Source of the DNA: Lytechinus pictus
Lineage: Eukaryota
Length of the DNA: 64,000 nucleotides
Assembly (NCBI RefSeq): GCF_037042905.1
Contig: NC_087251.1
Coordinates: 27,654,001 to 27,718,000 of the forward strand
Reading direction: 5' to 3'
In this document: in pieces, positions 51,937-63,060 of the stretch
Position numbering within the stretch: position 1 is the stretch's first letter
Layout: each line of letters begins with the position of its first letter
Notes under the pieces: model-generated
Seen by the model: the letters and a program-made list of their open reading frames with translations, nothing else
What the model was told of the DNA's origin: nothing
The model's database searches: none
Position numbers and translations under genes: made by a program

Positions 51937-53670
51937 ATGCCGCATACCCTAACTCCTACATCAGCCATATCCACGGCTGGCGTCGTTGGATCCGACTACG
52001 ACTATTTCAGCAGCAATATCTCACTCGACAACAACACAGAGACGGCCCTGCAGCCGTTCGGAGATCACGAACTATGGGAAGCAATCATCATCATTATCAC
52101 CAGTGCCACTATTGCAATCTTCACAGTCAGCGCCAACGTCATGGTGTGGCTGTCCTTCTATATGGACAAACAGCTTCAGGTCGTCAACAATTATTTTATC
52201 CTCAGTCTCGCTACCGCCGATATAATCATCGGCGCCTTGTCTATCCCCATTTACACCTTGTACCTTCTACAGGACGGTTGGAGATTGGGAAATATATTCT
52301 GTGATATCTGGCTGTCCATTGATTATGTCGCATCCAACGCATCCGTCATGAATTTGTGCATCATCTGTTTCGATCGATTCCTGTCAGTGACTCGACCACT
52401 CACGTACAGAGCAAATCGAACTCCAAGGAAAGCTAAAATAATGATTGCGTTGGCCTGGATAGTATCGGTTGTAGTTTGGATACCACTTATTATTGGTTGG
52501 CAATTCTTTTTCAGCGAAGGACGAAACGTACCGGACGACGACTGCTATATTCAGTTTATCAATGATGAAGTTGCGCTTAATGTTTTAACTATACTAATTG
52601 CATTTTATTTACCCGTTGCTCTCATGGGAACACTGTATTACAAAATATGGCGCGAAACAGAAAAGAGGTCTTTGGAGCTCGAGAGACTGCAGGAAGGTGG
52701 TCATACCAGTCCACCTGCCCGCAGACTTCTTTCCAGTGAAGATACGGATGATGAAGTCGGGGTTCGGGTCAGAAGCCAATCAAAGTGTCTCCGTTGTCCT
52801 TGCTGTCTGATAGCCGATTTGGGGGATGAAGATGACGATAGTAGTGATTTAACAATACATCATAACTCACCGTCCACGATGTCTTACTCCGCCAGCCTCA
52901 AGTCACGACGGGGATCAAGAGCACAACCCATCTTACCTCCGGACTCTCCGAGGCACCACACTATCCGAGAATCTCCTAGAAGTGCCACTCAAATGAACGG
53001 TAATCTCGCCTCAGCGGAAAACAACTCCAATGATAATAATAAAAGCTTCGCTGCCTCTCTTTATACCATTCTCATAAAGCTACCGGATGAAAGTCCCAAT
53101 GCGAGCGAAGAGGACAAACTCCCTAAAATTACCATGGTGGAGGAATCGCCTCAAAGAGAACAGTCCTTGATTCAAGATCAAGAAGGAACTCGCCTCATGC
53201 CACCGGAAACAAACGGAACTGAAAAATCTAGATCGAACTCAGTAGCTAGTAACAACAAAGCACCTGCCAACAGTCAGTCTAATCTTAGTATAAGCACTAT
53301 CTCGATGGTTAATAAGATGGCAAGTCGCGCCAAAACCAACGTGAATCGCAAACGAAAGTCGCAATTGATACGAGAAAAGAAGGCAGCAAGAACACTATGT
53401 GCTATTCTACTAGCCTTCATCATCACATGGACTCCGTATAGTATATTGGTGCTCATTTCTTTTAGCGGATTCAGCAACGCGGCCGTCTCCAAAAGTTTCG
53501 AAGTCGCATATTGGCTGTGTTACCTAAACAGCACATTAAATCCAATTTGTTATGCATTATGCAATGCAACTTTTCGCAGAGCCTTTAAAAGAATTCTTAC
53601 GTGCCAGTGGACACCTCGTCACCGGCGGCAACACAAGCAACGTCAGCATGCGAGAAGACGGGAAAGATGA
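51937..53670 (+). CDS. CHRM: Muscarinic acetylcholine receptor, M1/M3/M5-like (Gq-type) class A GPCR, 577 aa, intronless coding region
   Basis: Seven hydrophobic segments; TM3 CDIWLSIDYVASNASVMNL with D3.32/Y3.33; DRF-LSVTRPLTYR; ECL2 CYIQF; AFYLPV; long third intracellular loop; EKKAARTL; TWTPY; YWLCYLNSTLNPICYALCN; N-terminal N-glycosylation sequons. Start set at ATG 51937 because the track start at 51910 is TTG and an in-frame TGA lies at 51895. One-to-one orthology to a vertebrate subtype is not claimed. Confidence 0.97.
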   Translation: MPHTLTPTSAISTAGVVGSDYDYFSSNISLDNNTETALQPFGDHELWEAIIIIITSATIAIFTVSANVMVWLSFYMDKQLQVVNNYFILSLATADIIIGALSIPIYTLYLLQDGWRLGNIFCDIWLSIDYVASNASVMNLCIICFDRFLSVTRPLTYRANRTPRKAKIMIALAWIVSVVVWIPLIIGWQFFFSEGRNVPDDDCYIQFINDEVALNVLTILIAFYLPVALMGTLYYKIWRETEKRSLELERLQEGGHTSPPARRLLSSEDTDDEVGVRVRSQSKCLRCPCCLIADLGDEDDDSSDLTIHHNSPSTMSYSASLKSRRGSRAQPILPPDSPRHHTIRESPRSATQMNGNLASAENNSNDNNKSFAASLYTILIKLPDESPNASEEDKLPKITMVEESPQREQSLIQDQEGTRLMPPETNGTEKSRSNSVASNNKAPANSQSNLSISTISMVNKMASRAKTNVNRKRKSQLIREKKAARTLCAILLAFIITWTPYSILVLISFSGFSNAAVSKSFEVAYWLCYLNSTLNPICYALCNATFRRAFKRILTCQWTPRHRRQHKQRQHARRRER

Positions 53671-54202
53671 AATGAGGCATGCCTCTGAATTCAGAGTCAT
53701 ATGCACTGCCAGAGCTTAATTGCTTTTTATTCTGCCAGCAAATCTACATTAGATAGAATATGCGATTATGTGAAGGTGTAAATGCACATTATTTTATTCA
53801 AGACAGACGAAACAATCGAGTCACTCATATCTCAACGTACTTGTAATTTCTACTGAAGACACAGGTTCAAACGTTCAAAAAGTTTCACGTCATCATGATT
53901 CACTGGTATCTTCTTGATAAGAAACCTGGTTTACCTTCCCCGTCGATAACCCTGTCTACTCTCTCCTGATAAACATTTCAATTCATTTTAAACCATTCTT
54001 CTAACAACGATGTAGTCAAGGTTATCGAAATTCTGGCAGTTAATATGACTCTGATCCAGAGAGCATGAACCATGACTTCACAATCGCTGATCTGTCGTAT
54101 ATAGATGGATGGACAAGAACATTCAATGTCATTCTCGAGGCCTGCTCTTTTCGACTGGAGCGTAAGTACTACATCATATGCAGGTGTGGTACATGGAAGA
54201 TA

Positions 54203-54337
54203 GGGAGGGTTTCATGAAGCATCGTATCTGTAATTTTCACTTACAATTATGCTCTCAGCCAATCAGGTACAATGCTTTCGGTAGCTTGCAACAGTGGACA
54301 GAAAAGCTCACTGACATTGCGCTTTGTGAACCACCAG
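54203..54337. mobile_element. Degenerate short MITE, family E
   Basis: GGGAGGGTTTCATGAAG ... CAGCCAATCAGGTACAATGCTTTCGGTAGCTT ... CTTTGTGAACCACC. Confidence 0.55.
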
Positions 54338-54352
54338 TCGAGTGTATTACGT

Positions 54353-54487
54353 GGAGCTTTCATGAAGCGTCATGTCAGGGATTGCCCCCCAGCAACTGGT
54401 TAAGCTACTATAATCATTGGATCTGATTGGCCAAAAGTATATTTGGCAGAGAAAACATCTTACAACGAGCTTCTTGAAAGGATGCCC
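54353..54487. mobile_element. Degenerate short MITE, family E, inverted relative to its neighbour
   Basis: GGAGCTTTCATGAAG ... AAGCTACTATAATCATTGGATCTGATTGGC ... CTTCTTGAAAGGATGCCC. Confidence 0.5.
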
Positions 54488-57400
54488 AAAGGTACAAAAT
54501 CATCTCGGATTTGTTGATCGAATCAGGAGCAACAGACCACAGTATAAAAGGCTGACGCAGTCTTCCTTCATTTTCGTGCACTTTTATTGTATGAAACTCT
54601 CAAGATTGTATTTTTTGATCACGTGTAGTCACACTTTGATATGCTTTGACGAATGCTATGTTACGTTTACCGTACGACCTAATATGTTTTACAGAGATAA
54701 ATTATATTTCTAGCATCTAATATATATTCATGGTATAGTGTCAAGAATGGTAATTCCCAAAGATAAATGTTGTATTCGTTTTACAGAAATAGTATGTCAT
54801 TTCGATCAATGAAGATCATCCCACTGATGTTTGCCAACTTAATACAATGTCATACTACCTTTTAAACAAAAGTATGACATCAAGGAAAAATATTATTAAT
54901 ATCGTTGTTTTTTTATGAATGTACTACCTTCTGTCCACGCATGGTCTAAACATCGGTAATTTATTTACCGAAAGGGTGTCAACTTTCCCTTACCGCTTCC
55001 GGCCCACCAACTAGTCATCGTATGGTACTACTTATGATACGATTTTAATGATTTGAAGGGGGAAAAAACCGTTATAAAATGACAACATGAATATCATCGA
55101 AGCATGATAGAAGATTAGGCTGAATTTCAATATCACCATTTGGGGTAGTACAAGTCGTATCCAACACAATGTGTCGTCGTTGAACTCGCATTCAACTATA
55201 AACCGTAAGAATGGGCGAGATCCTACCTTGCAAAATTATTTATTTTCTTGCCGAAATATAATAGTCATGGTTCGGAGACTATAACCTATGTATTTTCATC
55301 ATTCGATTTCGTCGGTATTTTGTTCTTTAATGTAGAGATTGCACGACCAAAAAGTAATTTATCTTGCCAGTATTATATTCGACTTGTCGCGCACAAAAGT
55401 AATCAACTCTTGATTAATATTTTGCATTCTTTCTATACTTTTATCTATGCTGAATATCTCTATCAATCTAAAGTGTTCTCCGAATAATAGATTTCTCGTT
55501 TACATTTCAGTAAAATATCTTGCAATCACTCCAGGCGCTTTTATGCCTCTATAGTTGTATTGTCAGTGCATTCAAAACGCCTTTCGGCAATAGAAATTTA
55601 CTTAAATTATGGTGGTTTTTTTCATGTCATGTCGTTGGCCCATTTCTCGATATGCTTCGGGAATTTTTATTGTTCAATATCCAAAGTCGTTGATTCAATA
55701 AGGAAAAGTATGCAGTTTATTTGGAAGCAATCGAGACCGAAATGTTTCACTTTTCTTTGTCGCAACCGAGGTGCATTCCTGCTCGCTGGACGTCGGCGTT
55801 TCACCGCAAATTGGACATGACACAGCGGGGCAGCTGTGCAGAGGTAAACTTGAGAGATGAGCTGATACTCTTCGACGCTTTCCTAAAGTGTCAGTTACCA
55901 TTTTGCACCCTCCAAGCAAAGCGTTGGTATTCAATTAACATTCTGTCACGGCAACGTGGGAAGTGTTCTGGTCACTTCTTTTTATCTCGAGTCAAATAAT
56001 TGCCTTGTTTACTAATGCCATTTCAAATACACCAGAAGCAGAGAGAACATCCAGTCATATACAACTTCGATGTAATATCAAACACCCGTTTAAGGGGTCG
56101 AATATCACATTCACCTTTCCCTCCAAAATGTAAAGACGAAACTCCCATTGGGTCTGACTAGCTCTCTTCATGACCTCTTTCCCCCCATTTCTCCAATGTA
56201 CATGATGAAAATAAAAGCCTCGAATCAAGCGGTTGAATCATCTAAAAGATATAAGGTTGATCTTTGATTTCTTCTTTAACTCAATTCCAATTACCAAGCC
56301 GTATATAGAATTTATGAGTTATTGATTTTTCTTCAAATTGGTATTCTTATTGAAAGTGATATGAACTATTGTCCCGTTCAAAAGAAGATACGATGGGCCG
56401 ACTTTAATCTTCGGCAAAACGAGAGACATCGCAATGACGAGATATTGAATGTTCAGCATAGACTTCGACTACCAGACTACTCTGACCTTTCCCCCAAAGG
56501 CATCTAAAACTATATAAAATATATTTGACTTCAATGACGAATCGGGGAAATCAGACTTTACATGACTACTATCTTTTCTTTTTACTTTGGAGTCACACCC
56601 CCACCCCCCCCCCCCCCCTCCCACGAGATATGGCACTGCATGGTAACGACATTCCGATTTGAGATAAGTTCCTTGTTGCATTTAAGTGAGAACATTTAAT
56701 AAAAATAAAGTGTACAATAATATATCATCATGCAAGGGTCTTATATTCCATTGAGTTACAACCCCAAACAACCATCTAACATAAAAGACTAGTAAAATTA
56801 TGACTTTGACAATGTTATTTCAGGATATGATTTTTTCTTAGAAAGCACATGATAATGCTTTTCTATCACTTCAGTTAATGTTTTTATAAAATCAAAATGT
56901 ACTTGGAAAGGGTATGATCATGTTAAACAGATGGCCTTATTAATTAACCGTTACCATACTTTCACTTTGATCTGGAACGAAGCCAAACGCTGGCAGAGAG
57001 GGACGACTACCCCTTCCATATCCTTGTTGGGAAAGCAGGATATACTACAAAGAATATTCCTATTTCATTTATAATAAAAGTGACGTCAAAATATTATGTA
57101 TTTTTTCCTAATCCTATCAAAATACCCTTGAACTACCCCTGACATTAACAATCGCAGCAATACGACAACCGTTAAATTCATGCACACGCTCCATTGACTG
57201 GTTTGACGAAATACTAACTAAGCTTGACAGTGACTTGTAAGATAGATGCTTTACTAACTCTACTAATTTTGAATTCCACTGGCCTTCATCAATGAGGTGC
57301 AAAACTCAAGACTTGCGAAGCGCATATAGGACTGAGGAAGACATTGTATGACCAATTTTCGAGAATTCTTGTGACTGGCTCCTTACAAAACGGCATATAT

Positions 57401-58424
57401 TCGGATAGTCAACCACATACCATGACAAGTGACAACAAACAGATGAACGCACAGAACGCCAAGAGATCATGAGCTTAAACTTCTAAACAAAAACTCATGA
57501 CAAAATTAACGGTTAACCCCTCAAACTTAGTACTTACGGACTTTACCGAAAATAGCGAAAGACTTGTGAACTGTGAACTTAAAAGTGGTTTTCGTTATTA
57601 AAGCTGCATCGATTTTTTTTCTTTCAATACTAGGACTGACTAGATATGCTAGAAAATCACGAAAAAAAATTACTTAACGGACTTTTCCTTCAGATAATGT
57701 TGGCACCAGACAAGCGCTAAGGAAGAGAAGATTCCGCGTCATGTGCTAGGTTGTGGAATCTGAAGCTCCATTTTCTCAGCGGATATGTTGCAGTATGCTG
57801 GACTGGTTTGGTCTTTCCCTGCAGTTGGATACGATATATCTCCCCTAAAGAAATATTAACAATATACGAATAGGACTATATTGATGATTATTGATCGAAA
57901 AAGGTAACTTCACAAAATGACAGGCGACCGTGGTAACAACGACTTTAAAAGAAATATTAACAAACAATGAACGACTAAACATGACACTCATGCGTTGAAT
58001 TTGTAACGTATAGACGAACACAATGATTACTGAAGACCACTCCAGAAAAAGCTAACCAGCAAAGTGACGAATACTTCACCGTAAACTTAAAGGACCGACT
58101 AAACGTATTCCAGCTTGGTAGTTGACGGAACTCGTCACAGACAGGCAAGGACAAAACCTAATGTGTATTTACAAAGATTGACTAAGTGTTACACGACAGA
58201 CTAACGTGATGACCAACACTCAACGAACTACCTCCTGTAAGCAAATTGACTAAACCCTGACAAACCCTATACCTGGAAACTTCGGATGACCATGCTGAAC
58301 ATTTTCCTCGACAGGGCGTACGCCTGTTACTTAGTACCTTGATATTTGACACAACTTGTAATGATACTGCCCATTGCCAAAACAAGCATTTACCTTTCAT
58401 TATCTAGTCCAATTTTTAGAACAT

Positions 58425-58576
58425 GGGAGCGTTTCCTGAAAGGATTTGTAAGACATTTTATCCGACAAGTCTTGTTTTATCCGACAGTTATCTTACGAAC
58501 TATGGTTCCCAGCCAATCAATATCAAGGAAAGCCAGATCTGACAACTTGTCAGACGAATGATGAAACGCTCCCCTG
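58425..58576. mobile_element. Short MITE related to family E
   Basis: GGGAGCGTTTC pairs perfectly with GAAACGCTCCC; CAGCCAATCA core; internal TTTTATCCGACA duplication. Confidence 0.75.
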
Positions 58577-59418
58577 TAAATCGGCTTTAGTGTAAGTTAG
58601 TTGACACAGCCCAAAATGACGACTTACATCAACGACTGGTGACTTGACATCAAATTTATCAAAAGGACCATATTAAGAATATGCCAACAGGGTTAACCCT
58701 GTATCGAGGCTCCAGGACTGGTGCACAGTAGCAATAAATACTGACAAAACTATTACATGGGCATGATGTTACTGGAACGAAATCACATGCTCTTTTTTCA
58801 AACCTTTAAAGTGAACAGACACTTTTAAAAATGAACGAACTTGCAGGAAAAATTAAAGAATGACGAGTTTTATATTGGCAAACCTTACGGAACATTTACG
58901 GTTGTTTTTACATACTTTACGTTTTGGGTAATAATAAACGTTTGTGAATGAAAATATGTTCAGTGGTGATAAGAGTCAATTGACAAGACCTGTTTACCAT
59001 TAGGACTTGGTAAAAATATCACTCGGACAAATTGCTCGTTTAGCTCGTACTGCGAAAAAAGATACCTGCCTTTCATTAAATTTGCACACAACAGCCATTT
59101 AACTACAAAAGAGAACTTAATCATTTTCTTGTCGACTCATTATCCACAAAGGATTGGTTTAAGCAAATTACAGACAATGTATTGATGATATGACTTAAAT
59201 TTCGCCGGTTTCAAGTAATAGACCGTTAACTTTACCATCCATTCTGGAAGACTGTTTCTGTGTCCTTCTGTGACGTAAACTTTACGTTTAGGAAGCAACT
59301 TCATGAACGTTGACACGAAACAAAACATAGTGCCTTCGTTCTTGACATGGAGTAGTCCGACAACATACATAATCTCACCCAGGTGACTAGACTGGACTCC
59401 ACAAAACCTGCCTTATTT

Positions 59419-60210
59419 CTACTACTACTACTACTACTACTATACTACTACTACTACTACTACTACTACTCCTAGTATTATACTACTACTACTAATACTA
59501 CTACTCCTACTACTACTACTACTCCTACTACTACTCCTACTAGTACTACTACTACCATTGGTTTATTTATAATTCGTCTAATGTCAGTTTGTCCAATTGC
59601 CAAATCGTTTACTATGATTTGGTCTACCATCAGTTCATCCACTATCCATATGGTATAATTGCCAGTTCGTCCACTCACCATTTCATCTAATAACCAGTTG
59701 GTCCAATAGCCATTTTGTCCATATATCATTTGATCTATAATTGGACAAAGTGTTAATTGTGCAAAATGAATGAAAATGAAATGGATATTAGACCAACTGG
59801 TTATGAGACGAAATGATCATAGACGAAATGGTAATTAATCGAAGTGATGATTGGACCAAGTGATTTTTGGACCAAATGGTTGTTAGACGAAATGTTGATG
59901 GCATTAGACTAAATTAAAATAGCCAATGTGATGAGTGGACGAGTTGGGAGTAGACGAATTGGCAGTTTACCCTACCATTACTACTACTGCTGCTGCTGCT
60001 TCTACAACAACAACAACAACTACTACTACTACTACCACTACTACTACTATTACTGTTACTTTTACCATTACTACTACTACTAATGCTACTGCTACTACTA
60101 ATTTCTACTTCTACTACTACTACTACTACTACTACTATTACTGTTACTTTTACCATTATTACTACTACTAATGCTAATACTACTACTACTGCTACTACTA
60201 ATTTCTACTT

Positions 60211-60244
<34 letters not shown>

Positions 60245-60490
60245 CGTACTACTAATACTACAACACCTACTCCTACAATTACTTCTATTACTACTGCTCT
60301 TATTAATACTACTCTCCTATTACTATTACACCTACTTTTATTAATATTACTCCTACTATAAGTATTATTACTATTAATATCAATACTTCTTCTACTACTA
60401 CTACTTCTACTACTACTACTGCTACTACTATACTCATATTACTACTACTACTGATACTGCCAGTACTACTACAGCTACTAATATTACCAC
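59419..60490. repeat. Degenerate (TAC)n trinucleotide field, interrupted by an insertion
   Basis: CTA/TAC repeats at 59419-59559 and 59972-60490; internal duplication of ATTACTGTTACTTTTACCATTA...CTAATTTCTACTTCTAC at about 60049 and 60137. Confidence 0.95.
59560..59971. mobile_element. 412-bp foldback-type non-autonomous element with 8-bp TSD
   Basis: Flanked by the direct repeat CTACCATT (59552-59559 and 59972-59979); termini GGT...AATTCGTCTA / TAGACGAATT...ACC; ~15-bp subrepeats in mirror orientation in the two halves. Confidence 0.85.
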
Positions 60491-62379
60491 CTTGACTTCT
60501 ACGGGTTAACAATGCTGATGCATGTCATTCCAGATATTAATACAAAGACTTCAAGATCAGTGACTACTTATAGGAAGCTCATTTAATCACAAACCTGACA
60601 CATATGATCTCTAATGAGCACGAGCCTGGAACAAAAACACGGCCTGATTCAAGAAGAGAAATAAGACTAAGGATAACGTTTTATTATGAAATGGAGATGC
60701 ACATAATCAGAACACTAATGAAATCCATCAGTAATTGAGGACCTTTGACAGATTTGACATGCAGACTTAACACACGGTTTTCTGTATTTCTTAAACACTG
60801 AAGACAGTTTACTGTGTATATGTCTTGGATATAAAGCTGCATTTTCCGAATAAACTGAAGTTAATTTGAACAAGGACGTACCTTGACTTTTTATGGAATT
60901 GAAACCTAGAATCATCTACGACCGATTTTTCCAAAACTTACACTACTTAAATCGTATCATCGTAGGACAGCGTATAAACATGGACTCCTATTACTTTCAA
61001 GACCAATGAATTAATCTATAACAAGACAAGTGACTTTCTCGAGCAGATGAATAACCAAATTAACCGACTCTGACAATTTCAGTGAGTCTTGTGCATGTGT
61101 AAAGTAACTACATTAACTTCTAGTAAAAGCGGTGTTCGACTTGTCACGGCTAACCATAATTGATAACCATATATACCGGCTTCTTGGACGTACCTGATTG
61201 TGCTTAGCGCAGATCGACTGCATGCTTTACTTTCGAAACAGTGGCCTACAACACTTACCAACCCTCCTAGCCGTATACTTACAGTACTCTGGTGAAGACT
61301 CCGAACTGACACCCGGACTGGCACAGTCTCCATCTGCTTAAAATAAGCAGCAATACAGTACTATATAGACATAACAAGACAGCACGGCTAAAAATCTGCC
61401 AATTTCTGTGGTCTTCTAGAGCCTATATTAACCCATGGAAAAGATTACATGAAAATCTTGGTTTGGTTTATTATACATTCTTTTAACTGACATGAAGATT
61501 GTCTCTTATATGATGTACTGACACGGATTGTTCCGAGTAGACCTATTTGTTAATTGTACCACTACGTAGTCACTTCTAAATTTTAGGACTTCCGATCTGC
61601 TCTCAAATGAACCAAGAGGTTATTTCAACTAATGATTCATTTTGAATTATTCAACAAATATATTGGGATACAACGAAGAACAATGGAAATATCTCTGATT
61701 AATTACCAGAGAGTCCCTTTGACTCCCAACTTGACTGAAACTTGCACAATGATCACGAGATTATGATACGACAAACCATTCACACGTTAATCCTAAAGCT
61801 TGACAGACTGTTAGCTTGAGAAAAGGGGCTGACTATACGTAGGTAAAACTAATATATTGTAGGTAACTTGAAGATATCCTATATTCTGCAGATTATAATT
61901 GTGTAAAGTAAAGATATGTTTTGTAACATATCTTTACTAATTTTCAATTAATGTCTTGAGAGTATTTTACCCATACTACATGTATTTTCATACAGTAGTC
62001 GACTTTGATCTTTGACAATCAATTCATGAAATGTTATTAACTTGTCTCTATCCAACCATACTTGCCATTGTAACTGAAGAACCTTTTGTCTAAGGACTTA
62101 CGATCAGGCTTACGATATACAGAATATCTAAATAAACATTATTCTTAATTTGGAATGACTTTTCCAAGTGGACCTTTATAATAAATGACCAAGTGTAAGT
62201 CAATATCCTACGACCATACCCTTACCAAAAACTTGGGAGGCAGGGGCATTATACTATCGCACGGAGTTGCAAAGGACAAAAACAAAAATGAAATCGGACT
62301 ATTTTTGACCGCCAACAAATTCCCTGACCAATGTAACTATTCCGAATCCGGAACACATGATTGTGACATTACGCAAAAC

Positions 62380-62819
62380 TATGACGGGCCGTTCATGCCA
62401 TAAGCCGTCATTCATTCACTCACTCGAGCATGTCGAGTGAGTGAATGATTTGTACGTTTTTTACCATCACTCACTCGGGAAGGGGAATGATTGTACAGTT
62501 TTATCCAATCAGAGAGCTAGAATCGTAATCGAGACCCCTCACTGAAGTAGTAGTACATCCATTCGAGTGGATGTACAACCACTCGACTGAATGTTCAACC
62601 ACTCGAGTGAGTGTACAACCACTCGAGTGAGTGTACAACCACTTTTGTGATGGAGGGGGGAGGTCTTGATAAAGATTCTAGCTCTCTGATTGGATAAAAC
62701 TGTTCAATCACGCACTCTCCCGAGTGAGTGATGGTAAAAAAATGTGCAAATCATTCACTCACTCGACATGCTCGAGTGAGTGAATGAATGACGGCTTGTG
62801 GCATGAACGGCCCGTCATA
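62380..62819. mobile_element. 440-bp near-perfect palindromic MITE, TA at both ends
   Basis: TATGACGGGCCGTTCATGCCA ... TGGCATGAACGGCCCGTCATA; arms pair for ~145 bp; centre has 20-bp tandem units GTACAACCACTCGAGTGAGT. Confidence 0.93.
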
Positions 62820-63037
62820 CAAAACGCCGCATGTATACATTCACTCGGACAGAACTTTGACGTTATACAACATGCCTTGGAACTTGCTGTATTGTAACTC
62901 GGATGATATTCTGACTTTATTACATTTCAATATCTCAATATTGAAGATTAGTTTTATCAATGTTATTAAGTATAACGACTACTTTTTATGAAGTTTACTA
63001 TAATACCATTTAAAAGAATTTTAAAAGATAAACCTTT

Positions 63038-63043
63038 AATAAA
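63038..63043 (+). other. Candidate distal polyadenylation signal AATAAA
   Basis: AATAAA near where the GACT-rich composition appears to fade; other AATAAA hexamers occur upstream (e.g. near 56700, 57073, 58733, 62131), so the assignment is weak. Confidence 0.25.
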
Positions 63044-63060
63044 GTATCTTTCTACCAGTA

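Noticed and set aside
52372..52380. DRF instead of DRY as a sign of a defective receptor
   Set aside because: Position 3.51 tolerates Phe in functional class A GPCRs; Asp and Arg are intact and the ORF is uninterrupted.
51915..53492. Alternative-frame and antisense ORFs inside the receptor CDS
   Set aside because: Short shadows of the real coding frame with no independent support.
59478..60512. Thr-, Val-, Ser- or Tyr-rich ORFs resembling mucin
   Set aside because: They are translations of the (TAC)n repeat in different frames, with no splice or domain support.
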